Shown here: in pieces, positions 12,221 to 24,051 of the stretch
Layout of the letters: the number at the start of each line of letters is the position of its first letter
Position numbering within the stretch: position 1 is the first letter of the stretch
NCBI RefSeq assembly: GCF_004010195.1
Contig: NC_057718.1
Span: 100,961,637 to 101,025,636 of the forward strand
Direction: 5' to 3'
DNA from: Chiloscyllium plagiosum
Lineage: Eukaryota
Length of the DNA: 64,000 bases
Made by a program: the position numbers and the translations under genes
The notes under the pieces: model-generated
Told to the model about the DNA's origin: nothing
Seen by the model: only the letters and a program-made list of their open reading frames with translations
The model's database searches: none

Positions 12221-12490
12221 ATGATTTGGAGGTGCCAGTGTTGGACTGGTGTTGACAGAGTTAAAAATCACACAATGCCAGGCTATAGTCCAACAGGTTT
12301 ATTTGGAAGCGCTAGCTTTCAGAGCGCTGCTCCTTCATCAGCTCATTCCATGCACGCACAACCCGCTGCATGAAACAAATTAAGTACCGTTCCTACTTGC
12401 AAACTGTCGTTATCTGCTGTTCAATCCATATAACAATCCATACAACCACCTGATGTAGGAGCGGCGCTCCGAAAGCTAGTGCTTCCAATT
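12221..12490. mobile_element. Fold-back PLE family B element with captured local sequence in the loop
   Basis: Minus-strand pLTR 12221-12342, plus-strand pLTR 12443-12490. Loop 12339-12428 is an inverted copy of 11464-11553. Confidence 0.85.
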
Positions 12491-13296
12491 TTTTTTGTGT
12501 TAGAGAATGGAAGAGACATGTGGTTTCTAAGATGATGCTGGTACTCATAAGACACCACAAGCCGTGTAGTTTACATTGATGTATTTGTGAATGTATATAA
12601 AGAAGGCAAGTTTCCTGACTGTTACCCCATGAAGACTTTTCCCTTTAGGCCAGTGCTGTCGCAAACTGTGGATGTTGACAAGCAAGAACACAGGCAGTAC
12701 CAATGTTAGCAATGTTTCACGATAAGGAAGTACACTTATGCGTTATAAAAGCATACATCTGTTGAAAACAGAAATATATTGCTATCATATCAAGCTGATG
12801 CTGCCAATTTTGTTAGTAACTAAGTTAAATTTCAAATGTGTATGCTAGGGTGAAGACGGGAGTGAACCAGTATTATTATCGCCAGTTGCAAGTGCCTTTC
12901 ATCCTTTATTTACCTAATCATTAAGAATTTGGTTAGTTTGCCTGGCATGTAAATCATTGTGATGTCACCAAAGTTGCATATTATATACAATGTTTTCCAC
13001 AGACTTTTCTTCTGGTTGTTTTGCAAACATAGAGTCACAATTATATCTCAAAAGCCCATTGTTTTCAGTGATTGTTTTCTGTGGGCTTGCAGGAGACCCT
13101 GATTACCTTATTTCTGAATTCCATCAGCAACCAAAAATATACACATCTGCATCTCGAACAAATGCTCTTTGCACCCACAATTCCATAGCTGGATGTGTTC
13201 CAGGATTCATAACCTTCATAAGAATTTTCTCCTCCTCTCTGCACTTTATCATTCACTACATTTACAGATTGAATCTTCGAGACAATACACTTAGAG

Positions 13297-14280
13297 GGAG
13301 GAGGTGGTGATCCATAGAGGTAATGACATTGGATCAATAATTAGAACTCTAAGCCAATGTTTGGGGGCATGGGTTCAAATCCCACCAAGGCAGATGATGA
13401 AATTTGAATTTACCAAAAAATTCATTTTTTAAAATCCAGTAAAAATCTGGAATAAAAGGCCAATCTAATCTTTACTGTGTAACTATTGTTAATTGTCATT
13501 AAAAATACACATGCTGGGTGGTTCACCAAAGTCCTTTAAGGGAAAAATTGAGTCATCCATATTTGATCTGGCCTACACGTGAATCCAATAAATCCCTACA
13601 ATGTGGAGGCAGGCCATTCAGCCCATCGAATCTACACTGACACTCCTGACAAGCAATCCACCAGACCCACTCCCATACCCCCATGCTCCGGTTTCCTCCC
13701 ATAGTCCAAAGATGTGCAGGTCAGGTGAATTGGCCATGCTAAATTGCCCGTAGTGTTAGGTAAGGGGTAAATGTAGGGGTATGGGTGGGTTGCATTTCAG
13801 CGGGTCGGTGTGGACTTGTTGGGCCGAAGTGCCTGTTTCCACACTGTAATGTAATCTAATCTAATCTAAAAACCCCTGTAACCTTGCATTTTCCATGGCA
13901 AATCCACCGAGCCTGCACATTCCTGGACACAATGAGCAATTTAGCATGGCCAATCCATCGTAACCTGCACATCTTTGGATTGTGGGAAGAAACCGGAGCA
14001 CCAGAGGAAACCCACGCAGACATGGGGAGAATGTGCAAACTCCACATGGACAGTCACCCTAGAGTGGAATCGAACCCTGGTCCCTGGCGCCGTGAGGCAG
14101 CAGTGTTAACCACTGAGCCACCGTGCTGCCCCTACTGTGCTAACTCCAGACCCACAGTCATGTGGTTGACTTTTAAATGCCCTAAGAAATGGCTTGAAGG
14201 GTCAATAAGCTTAAGTTGGGATGGGCAATGAATTCTGCCCTTGCCATCAGCACCCACATCCTATGAAAGAATTGAAAAAA
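13297..14280 (+). mobile_element. SINE family 2 split by nested HE1 copies
   Basis: Head/core at 13297-13590; continuation actccagacccacagtcatgtggttgac...gatgggcaatgaattctg at 14133-14280. Confidence 0.75.
13590..14131 (-). mobile_element. HE1 SINE (-) containing a 5'-truncated HE1 (+) at ~13684-13868
   Basis: Reverse-complement HE1 head ends at 14131. The inner plus-strand copy ends in (aatct)n. Confidence 0.85.
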
Positions 14281-14444
14281 GGTCCATATACCTATCCCAA
14301 GTTGTCTCAGAATCTTATGTTGACATGACTTCTTCTGTCTAAACATTAGAGAAATTAGATGTTACTTACGCCAAGTCTCCCCATTGAACGTTCTGCTAAC
14401 CCAGAAATTTGTACACTGTCATGTGCACCCACTTCTGGGACCGT

Positions 14445-14770
14445 TATTTTAAAAATTCATTTACGGCATGAGGGAGGCACTGGCTGGGCCTAGATTTATC
14501 GCCCATCCCTAATTGCCCAGAGGGCAGTTCAGAGTCAGCCACATTGCTGTGGGTCTGGACCAGATAAGGATGGCAGATTTCCTTCCCTGAAGGACTTTGA
14601 GCCAGGTGGGTTGTTCTGAGAATCAACAGTGGATTTATGGTCATCGTTGCACTCTTAATTACAGATTTTTTTAAAAAAATTCAAATTCCACCATCTGCCG
14701 TGATGGGAGTGAACCTGGGTCCTCAGAACATCACCCTAGTCTCTGGATTAACAGTGTAGCAGAAATATCA
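14445..14770 (-). mobile_element. SINE family 2
   Basis: Reverse complement of the 6064-6428 pattern. Confidence 0.75.
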
Positions 14771-15791
14771 TTAGGTCAACACCTTCCCTTGAGTAGTATT
14801 GGTCCTTGGGCAAGGAACTGAAAACTGTACACTGCCGTCCAAATATCGTCTCGCCAGAGCCCTGTATAATTTTCTTTGACACTGTCTGCTGTGGTGTCAT
14901 TTCCCAATTGCAGTTGCTTGATGTTGGAGGATTGCCCATCAGTGTTAAAGAATGAAAAGAATGCTGGTGCTCATCAAATAAAAGAAACATGAGCTGAGCA
15001 GGTGGCATATAAAGTATACATGGAGCAGATTGAGCAAAAGATCACATTTCAAGAGCATCATGCAGTGCTGCAAATGATCGATTTGTTTTTCAGAAGTGAT
15101 GCGGCAGGAATATGAGGAGAAAGAAGGGGAGAAAGAAAGCCCTATAGTTGCTGGAATTAAATAGCAGCTCTTCAGGTGCTGACTTGACCTGCTGTGCTGG
15201 GCTGAGAAATGTCTATCTGTGCTCCAAAGGGTTTCAAGAGTTATTGATGGAGAGATAAAAAGGGGAGTCGTGGTGGGGGCAGCCTGTCACCTCAGGATCA
15301 GAGCCAGCCCACTGGTGGAGCCAAGTTAGGAGTCCTTCTTCATGCAACTGTGGAAATCTTCCCCAGTAGGTGTTACCTCAATTGTTAGCTTAAAACCCAA
15401 GGTCAATAGACCTTTGCCAAAGCAGGTGAACAGAGGTCAGCATCAATTCTGTTGAATAGCAAAACAGTCTTGAGGAGCTGAATGGTCTCCCAAAATTTCT
15501 TACATACCTGAAGACAAGAAGCACTTTGCAATTAATGTAACTCCCTGTCAACTCTGAAACTGCTGCACCTTATTTTCACCATGCAGCATGTGGGTGAAGT
15601 TCAAAGCTTATTGATTTTGAATTGACTGGAAATAGTTTGAAGTTGAGGGGTGTGTGTTAATGAAGCCAGTCTCTGCCTGTGGATTTATCTCATGGACCAC
15701 CTAGAGGGCTATGTTGGATTTATCTCTCCGAATGATTAGCTGTGAAGTTTAAGATTTAGGTATTGACATTTTTTTTGTTTATCTCTTACAG

Positions 15792-15821
15792 CAAACAAAA
15801 GTCTGCTTGGAGGGGGTGGAG
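15792..15821 (+). CDS. MACROD1: 30-nt internal coding exon (phase 1/1) of a macrodomain ADP-ribose glycohydrolase (MACROD1/MACROD2 family), peptide (A)NKSLLGGGG(V)
   Basis: Branch-like TTGAC at 15763-15767, polypyrimidine tract ttttttttgtttatctcttacAG, exon CAAACAAAAGTCTGCTTGGAGGGGGTGGAG, donor GTAAGC. Translation fits the macrodomain motif NAANxSLLGGGGVDG, which as I recall lies on a 30-nt exon in vertebrate MACROD1/2. The paralog choice is tentative: Lys at this position recalls fish MACROD1, and MACROD2 is not excluded. Confidence 0.85.
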
Positions 15822-16164
15822 GTAAGCTTATGCTTAGTCTTTATAACAGTTCCTGTAAGTGCTATTTGCTTCTTTGGTTGTGCTATGATAAATGTAGTAC
15901 AACTATTGCTCTGATGATTTGAATGTTAAATCACATTTTTAATGATATAGTGCTTATGATCTCTATTTTCAGCGTGCTCAGGGATAATGGGTGATAGATA
16001 TGTCTTTAACTAACATTAAATCTCATAATACCTTATTCTTTCACCATTGTACCTCATTTGCACAGTTCTTTAGGTTGAAGTTGATTTTTTGTGACTGCAT
16101 CATTTTATTTGCAGCATTGTTGATTTTTATGTAATTTGCATGTTTTATTTTGGCCTATATTTGG

Positions 16165-16545
16165 TTCATTTTTTCATGGGATGTGGGCATCGCAGGCAAA
16201 GTCAAAGTTTATGACCATACCAAATTGCCCTTGCGAAATTAGTGGTGAACTACGATCTTGAACTGATGCAGACCATTTGGATTGATTTGATATAACCGAA
16301 TGGCTTACTGCGCCATTTCAGAATCACATTCAGGTAGGTCCAGGTAAGGGTAACCAATTTCCTTCCATAAGGGACCTTCTGAATGGAATGAATTCTTAAT
16401 GACAATCAATGATGGTTTCATGGTCGCCATGACTGACATAAGCAGATTTCGTAATGGGATTTAAATTCCACCAGCTGCCACAGCAGGATTTGAACCTGGC
16501 CCCCAGAGCATTTGCATTACTAATGTCCAGTGATATTACCATTGT
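16165..16545 (-). mobile_element. Decayed SINE family 2 / CR1 fam-3 tail
   Basis: ttcatgggatgtgggcatcgc tail; ggatttgaacc B box on the minus strand. Confidence 0.6.
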
Positions 16546-16973
16546 CCCAACCTCTTCCTTCCTATGCCTAGTGATTTTGTTGGAATAGTCAGTGTTACAA
16601 CATGGCACTGAACCCTTCTGTTAATTAAACCCAAACACCCAGAAAAAACTCACCTTGCCTCATAATCTGTTATGAGAACTCTCAAATTCCACTATTTAAA
16701 GAAAATAATATCAATTTATTCTTTAACTCTAAAAGCAAACAGTAAACAACAACTATTCAAAACTCTAAGCCCCTTTTCTCTGAACTGCTTATTAGCTGCC
16801 TCCAACTCTATAACAACATGCTGTTCCAATAAGACACTTATTAAAATTATATCAACTTCATTTCAAAACCACACAGCAGCTGTTGTCTTTGGTGTCTGTC
16901 ATCTTCCGACTGAAGATCTCCCTGCATCATCGTCTGTCTTTTTTCAGTGAATATGTTTCATATGAAAAGGTAC

Positions 16974-17719
16974 GTTGTGGTTCTGTTCGCCGAGCTGGGA
17001 ATTTGTGTTGCAGACATTTCGTCCCCTGTCTAGGTGACATCCTCAGTGCTTGGGACCCTCCTGTGAAGGGCTTCTACCATACATCAAGAGCATTTCCGAA
17101 CTGACAGCCAGACTACGGGCGACCATTAGGACTCATAACAGCACACAAACTAACAGCCACTCTCAGACAACAACTCACCAGGACGAAGGACCCGATACCT
17201 AGCATGAGCAAAACCAATGTAGTGTACAAAATCCCATGCAAGGACTGCACAAAACACTACATAGGACAAACAGGAAGACAGCTAACGATCCGCATCCATG
17301 AACACCAACTAGCCACGAAATGACACGACCAGCTATCCTTAGTAGCCACACACTCAGATGACAAGCAACATGAGTTCGACTGGGACAACACTACTATTAT
17401 AGGACAAGCCAAACAGAGAACAGCCAGGGAATTCTTAGAGGCATGGCACTCATCCACTGATTCAATCAACAAACATATCGACCTGAACCCAATATACCGA
17501 CCACTGCAGCGGACAGCTGGAACTGACAATCGGAAGCGGCAGATACAAATCACTATAAATGCCGGAGGAAACATCACAAAAGTGCTTCACAGGAGGCTCC
17601 CAAGCACTGAGGATGTCACCTAGACAGGGGACGAAACGTCTGCAACACAAATTCCCAGCTTGGCGAACCAAACCACAACAACGAGCACCTGAGCTACAAA
17701 TCTTCTCCCAAACTTTGAT
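16974..17719 (+). mobile_element. Penelope-like element family D: inverted 5' pLTR, GIY-YIG fragment, 3' pLTR
   Basis: 13-bp TSD tatgaaaaggtac (16961-16973, 17720-17732). Peptide NVVYKIPCKDCTKHYIGQTGRQLTIRIHEH. Confidence 0.92.
17604..17643 (+). ncRNA. Minimal hammerhead ribozyme motif (PLE family D)
   Basis: gca CUGAGGA u gucaccu agac aggggac GAAA cg UC ugc. Antisense copy at 17010-17049. Confidence 0.75.
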
Positions 17720-18119
17720 TATGAAAAGGTACCTTTGATCGAGAGTGTTTCTTATTTTTTGGATCTGAGTTGATGACAGTTGCTCTATCTATAATTTTCA
17801 AAATGCCTGCATTTTTGTATCCCCAACATCGTATCATCTCATTGGTTTGTTGTTGGTAAAGCAATAAATTCAAACTTGATCGGGTTTTGCTATCCTGGGG
17901 CATAACTTAAACTGGTTAAATTCAAATTGTTGTCAAAACACCAACCAACTCAGGTGTCCACTTCACAGCCAAATGTTACATATTTTCAATTTTCCAGTGC
18001 ACTCTGAGACTGCTATCTCGTCATATACGCAGGTGCTTGTCAGCTCTTAGTTCAGGACAACATTCACAATCTCTTAAAGATATAGTACACACCTTCAACT
18101 TCATAACATCAGCTAGAAT

Positions 18120-18530
18120 TTTGTTTTTCACTTACTCATTCAGAGGATGTAGGCATCACTGCCTAAACCAGCATCCGTATTTGCTTTTGAGAAGGCGCTG
18201 TTCAGTCACAGCAGTACTTGGGGTGTTAAGAATACCCAACGAGCTATTAGGCAGGGAGTTCCAAGATTTTGACCCAGCAATAATGAAGAAGCAATAATAT
18301 GGTTCCAAATCAGGATGTGATTTGGAGGGAAACCTAAAGGGTTAAAAATCACACAACACCAGGTCCAACAGGTTTATTTGGAAGCACTAGCTTTCGGAGC
18401 GCTGCTTCTTCACCAGGTAGCTGTGGAGTATAAGATCGTAAGACACAGAATTTAAAGCAAAACCTAAAGCGGATGGTTTTGTCATGGATCTGCCACCCTT
18501 GACCTTCAAGATGGTGGTTATTGGCAGAGA
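18120..18530 (-). mobile_element. CR1 fam-3 3' remnant interrupted by a PLE
   Basis: gggagttccaagattttgacccagc...ttccaaatcaggatg matches 57310-57525. Confidence 0.6.
18340..18459 (-). mobile_element. Short PLE family B insert
   Basis: 10-bp TSD aaacctaaag (18330-18339, 18460-18469); degenerate hammerhead. Confidence 0.85.
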
Positions 18531-18539
18531 ATGGCAGAG

Positions 18540-18800
18540 ATTCTTTCTATATCTCACTGTCTTTCTCCTCTCCATCTCATTCCACCCTTTTTCTTTCCCC
18601 TTCCCCCGCTGCCTCTCCACCCCTCCCCTTTTTTTTGACTTTGCCCTTTATGCCTCTTTTCTCTTTCCTTCTTTCCCATTCTTCCTCCCTTTAGCCCTTC
18701 GTTTCTTCCCCTTCTACCCTTCTGTCTCTCCACGCCCTACTCTCTTCATTTACCCTTGTTTTTCTACCTCCTCTCTCTCTTTTCCCTTAACTTCCTTAAG
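18540..18800. repeat. Pyrimidine-rich low-complexity tract
   Basis: Almost pure C/T on the plus strand. Confidence 0.8.
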
Positions 18801-18970
18801 ACCATAAGCCATAGGAGCGGAAGACGACCATTTAGCCCATTGAGTCTGCTCCAATATTTGACGAGACCATGACTGTTCCTCAACTCCTCTTTTCTGCCTC
18901 TTCTCCATAACCCTTGATTCCTTTGCTGATCAAAGATCGATCTCGGCCTTGAATATCCTTAACAACCCAG
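18800..18970 (-). mobile_element. CR1 fam-2 3' tail
   Basis: cataggagcgg...ccatttagcccattgagtctgctcc. Confidence 0.65.
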
Positions 18971-19136
18971 TCAAAAGGACTCCCTCCGCTGTGACATAGC
19001 ACTTGTTGCACAGAGAACTCCCAGATTCTTAGCGTGTTCAAGCAAGAATAAAAGAAGATTCAGCCTTAGGGAGAGAATGTAGAAGTAGATACAGTCAGTT
19101 TTTCTATAACGCAACCCCACATTATACAAAATCGTG

Positions 19137-19645
19137 CTTCCTATCAGAAAGATGTTGTGAAACTTGAAAGGGTTCAGAAAAGATTTACAAGGATGTTGTT
19201 AGGGTTGGAGGATTTGAACTATAGGGAGAGGTTGACTAGGCTGGGGCTGTTTTCCCTGGAGTGTCAGAGATTGAGGGGTGACCTTATAGAGGTTTATAAA
19301 ATCATGAGGGGCATGTATAGGATAAATAGACGAGGTCTTTTCCCTGGGGTGGGGGAGTCTAGAAGTCAAGGGCATAGGTTTAAGACGAGAGGGGAAAGAT
19401 ATAAAAGGCACCTAAGGGGCAACTTTTTCATGCAGAGGGTGGTACGTGTATAGAATGAGCTGCCAGATGAGGTGGTGGAGGCTGGTACAATTGCAACATT
19501 TTAAAGGCATCTGGATGGGTGTATGAATAGGAAGGGTTTGGAGGAATATGGTCCAGGTGTTGGCAGGTGGGACTAGATTGGGTTGGGATATCTGGTCGAA
19601 GGGTCTGTTTCCATTCTGTACATCCTTATGACCCTATGACTCTGT
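19137..19645 (+). mobile_element. CR1 (HER1-like) 3' fragment
   Basis: KLERVQKRFTRML...RLRGDLIEVYKIMRG; tail present. Confidence 0.9.
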
Positions 19646-21124
19646 GTCACTCCGCATCACAAACCAGTCATCCAGCCTATTGAGCTAACTACCTGTCTTT
19701 TCTTACCAAGTGGTGTATTGAGAATAGCTCGTTTCTGGCTTGGATGAACACTCTCTCAACCCGCCGGTGAGAATAATCAGCAGTGAGGCATTTATCAGTT
19801 CCCACTACTTGCATTGAGCGGGCAAAATGATTTTCAACAAGATCATTTTGGTTCCCAACAAAATCCAACTTAGTTGAAGTGTGTTTTCCTTGTGTTTTAT
19901 TATGGGAAACTTATACGAAGGAAGTTTGTTGCTGAACTTGGGGCTTTTTTTGGCAAAGAATAGAGCATGTGTAGGCAGGTGGGATTAGATTGAAATGTCA
20001 TCGTAGTCAGCATAGACATAGTGGGCTGAAGGGCCTGTCGCATGCTGTACTCTTCTATGTTTTGTAAAAGGCACAGGTGGAAATTTGATCAAAACTATGT
20101 CATTTTAGTTTGATGTGTTAGTGGTAATTTGACATATTTAATATGAGCAGCCTATGTAAGATAATGAAAGCATTTCAATGGTAATCTTTTACAATTTACA
20201 TTGTTTTTGCAATGTTACAACTGATGAATTGCTACAAATGGGATAGTTTAACAACTCATTCCTAGGTGTCTCCAGTGCATGGTTAGTCAATAATCCATAA
20301 TATTTAAAAGTAGGAAAGTGAAAGAAACAGACATTCCTACAAAAATTAATTGTGTTTCTTTAATACAGGGAATTGCCAGTTGCCATATACATTTGCGTGT
20401 AATTGTTTCAGTTTAGTATTTTGCTAAATTACTCGATTGTAGCTGAAGTCATTACACCAAATGAGGTGCAATCATTTCACATTATTGATCTCGAAATGAT
20501 TTCAACTTGCTAAATTTATGTATGTCCTCCATTAAGTTTTAAATTAGAAAAAGGAATTGCAAAAAAATGGATGGCAGAACCTTGCTAATATAATGCATAA
20601 TTCAAGAACTCTGTGCTTATGTTCGTGGTTCTGAATAACTGTCTCAAGGAAAATGTAGAATTTCAGTGCCTTCTGCCGTTTGAACAGAGTGCTGTTATTG
20701 TCACACTAGTTGCTACTTTGTACCACCTCATGAGACCCTTGTAATTGAAAAGATGCAGAAAGATGGAGGGTGGATTGATATATGTGATGGAAATCAATGA
20801 TCCACCTGCATTAACATTCTGTCCGTCCACCCATCCCTAGCTCCTCAAACGCTGACAGAAGTAATAACAATTGACCTTGGATGGTACAGACATCAAGTAT
20901 CTTGACTTATGTTTTAAATTAAATCTTAATATATTCTGCAATGGATCTTTCTCTAGGAATGTGGTTCTCTGATTATTTACAAGCGTCGCCATAAGGTTGG
21001 GCACTTCCAGTGTTGGTGCCTTGTCGAATAAATATGTGTGTCTCAGAAAAAACCTTCACACTGGTGTTTGAAGACAGATCTCGCCAACTGATAACCGATA
21101 GCTGGGGAAGGAAACTGCAGGGGA

Positions 21125-22625
21125 TGGGCACAGTTGAAATGGGGAACTTATTCAAGTTGATGAAGGCTTATGTTAGGATGTGATGACTCAGGACGCTTGA
21201 GAGTTACGAATTAGCCAGGAAAGATGGAAATAGAAAGCTAAGAAGGGGCCATGAGAAGTTGTTGGCAGATGGGATCAAGGAAAACCCTAAGGCTTTCTTT
21301 GGTATATCAGGAATAAAAGAATAACTAGAATAAGATTAGAGCCAATCAAGCGTAGTAGTGGGAAGTTTTGCGGGGAGTCAGAGGAGATAAGGGAAGTGCT
21401 AAATGAATACTTTTTGTCAGTATTCACACTAGAAAAAGACAATGTGGTCAAGCAGAATATGAGATGCAGGTTACTAGACTAGATGGGATTGAGGTGTGCA
21501 TAAGGAGGAGGTATTAGTAATTCTGGAAAGTGTAAAAATAGATACGTCCTCTGGGCCAGACAGGACTTATCCTAGGATTCTCTGGGAAGCCAGGGAGGAG
21601 ATTGCAGAGCCTTTAGCTTTGATCTTTTAACCCTACTGCGAATCCTCTTGCAAGGATGCCTGCCTTGAAGAGGTTTTCCTCCTCTCTCTACAAGAAAACC
21701 ACCTATCCACTCCACTCTCTCCTCCCTGACCTATCACCTTCATCTCCTCCCCCACTCACCTATTGTACTCTATGCTACTTTCTCCCCACCCCCACCCTCC
21801 TCTAGCTTATCTCTCCATGCTTCAGGCTCTCTGCTTTTATTCCTGATGAAGGGCTTTTGCCCGAAAACTTGGATTTTGCTGCTCGTCGGATGCTGTCTGA
21901 ATTGCTGTGCTCTTCCAGCACCACTGATCCAGAATTTATGTTGTCATTGTCTATTGGAATAATGCCGGAAGACTGGAGGATAGCAAATGTTGTCCCCTTG
22001 TTCAAGAAGGAGAGTATAGACAACCCTGTTAAACAAAGACCTGTGAGTCTTACTTTGGTTGTGGGTAAAGTGTTGGAAAGGATTCGAAGAGATAGGATTT
22101 ATAATCATCTAGAAAGGAATAAGTTGGTTAGGGATAATCAACATGGTTTTGTAAGGGTAGGTCGTGCCTCACAAATCTTACTGAGTTCTTTGAGATGGTG
22201 ACCAAACAGGTGGATGAGGGTAAAGCGGTTGATGTTGTGTATGGATTTCAGTAACGCGTTTGATAAGGTTCCCCATGGTAGGCTATTGCACAAAATATGG
22301 AGGCATGGGATTGAGGGTGATTTGGCGGTTTAGATCAGGCTGAATAGCATTAAATTAAGCATAGCTTTAAATTGAGTGGTGATAGATATAGGATTGATGT
22401 CAGAGGTAGTTTCTTTACTCAGAAAGTAGTAGGGGCGTGGAATGCACTACCTGCAACAGTAGGAGACTCTCCAACTTTAAGGGCATTTAAATGGTTATTG
22501 GATAGGCATATGGATGAGAATGGAATTGTGTAAGTTAGATGGGCTTCAGATTAGTTCCACAGGTCAGTGCAACATTGAGGGCCGAAGGGCTTGTACTGCG
22601 CTGGAATGTTCTATGTCTATGTTCT
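21125..22625 (+). mobile_element. CR1 LINE ORF2 remnant (internally deleted), interrupted by a PLE
   Basis: PEDWRIANVVPLFKK...RPVSLT...QHGF; tail ctatgtctatgttcta. Confidence 0.85.
21625..21934 (+). mobile_element. PLE family A-related insert
   Basis: ctgatgaagggcttttgcccgaaa at 21843-21866. The CR1 resumes at tttatg. Confidence 0.8.
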
Positions 22626-23227
22626 ACCCAAAGGCAGCTGCTAATCCTAGGCCTCCCAAAGTAGGCGACAGGACCAACTGGTGTCTGGAGCTGACATACT
22701 GAAGTTGTAGTCTCTGAGGCAGCTGTGACCACTGTGCTTGGTCATCTCTAGCAACCTTCCCATACACCCACCCCAAGTTGTTTTCCTCTGTTTCATTGAA
22801 GCCTGACCACAAACGGTGAGCTCAGTGACAATGAAAGCCAATATTGGATATTTCAAATTCAGACAACATCCAAATCACTGATGGAGCGTATTATTGTCAT
22901 GGCAAGTGTTGCTTTACAATTCCGATTTAACCCTCTTGGTTTAATGTACACCAGCTGAAGTTACTCATAACTAAGTTAATGCTAGCAGTGACAAAAACAT
23001 CTTGACCAATACTGACTGTCCCACTCATGGAAAGCATTCATTGAGAATTTGTACCTGCCAAATTTCCAAGAAAGAGAAACTCATGTTTGTGTAGCTGGGA
23101 TCAACTTCCAGTCCAGATGGATTGTAATGCGAGGCATAAGTGGCTTAAAAAATCGATACCTTATCACCAGTCCAACCACAAAGATCCCCTTGAAGACCTT
23201 AAATAGAGTTCCACTGAAACCCTGCAG

Positions 23228-23538
23228 GGGCGGCACGGTGGCTCAGTGGTTAGCACAGCTGCCTCACAGCACCAGGGTCCCAGATTCGATTCCAACTTTG
23301 GGCGACTATCTGTGTGGAGTTTGCACATTCTCCCTGTGTCTGCGTGGGTTTCGTCCGGGTGTTCCAGTTTCCTCCCACAGTCCAAAGATGTGCAGGTCAG
23401 GTGAATTGGACTTGCTAAGTTGCCCATAGTGTTAGGTGCATTTATCAGAGGGAAATGGGTCTGGGTAGGTTACTCTTTGGAGGGTGGGTGTGGACTGGTT
23501 GGGCCGAAGGGCCTGTTTCCATACTGTAAGGAATCTAA
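23228..23538 (+). mobile_element. HE1 SINE, full length
   Basis: gggcggcacggtggctcagtggttagcac...gggccgaagggcctgtttcc. Confidence 0.92.
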
Positions 23539-24051
23539 AAGAGATCAATGTAGCTACTTATTCCACAAATAGAGTCATGGAGGTGAAAGATGGCTCAAAG
23601 TTATAATTTGGCCATAAATCCCAAATTATAGAAAGTATCTCACAAATCTTCCACTAAAGTCCCTTGTAGAAGGAACCATACTTCTCAGCTAAATGGATGA
23701 CAAAACTTGACATCCTATTAGGAGCCTTTCTCGTCATCCAACAGCAGTAACGTCAACGAGTGAAGCTCAAACTCTTACACAGGACAGGAAGGAAAGTTCT
23801 GAAAAGTCAAAAGAGAGTTGTCACAATCAAATATGAGGCAGCAGAAACCGGTGATGCAGATGTGACAGCCATGATATTATATTTGAAATTTTGCATTGTT
23901 TGCTAATCACACAATGTTTCCTGAGTGAATAGATTACATCTCTCATATTCACATGGGTCTGAGAGGCGTCACAACACCAAGAGCAGTTGAGAAAAAGTTT
24001 TGTGTAGAATGTAATACATAGAAGGTCTGTGTCATCATTCAGCTTCATTGA

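Larger units (their letters stand above)
16593..18108 (-). mobile_element. Solo LTR (Gypsy-like, about 760 bp net), interrupted by a PLE
   Basis: Termini TGTTAC...ATAACA; 4-bp TSD tcag (16589-16592, 18109-18112). Orientation inferred only from a minus-strand AATAAA near 16715. Confidence 0.75.

Noticed and set aside
18484..18807. Hydrophobic 107-aa ORF
   Set aside because: It arises from the pyrimidine low-complexity tract.
23228..23300. tRNA gene
   Set aside because: The A/B boxes belong to the HE1 SINE head and run straight into the V-domain; the same applies to all copies.
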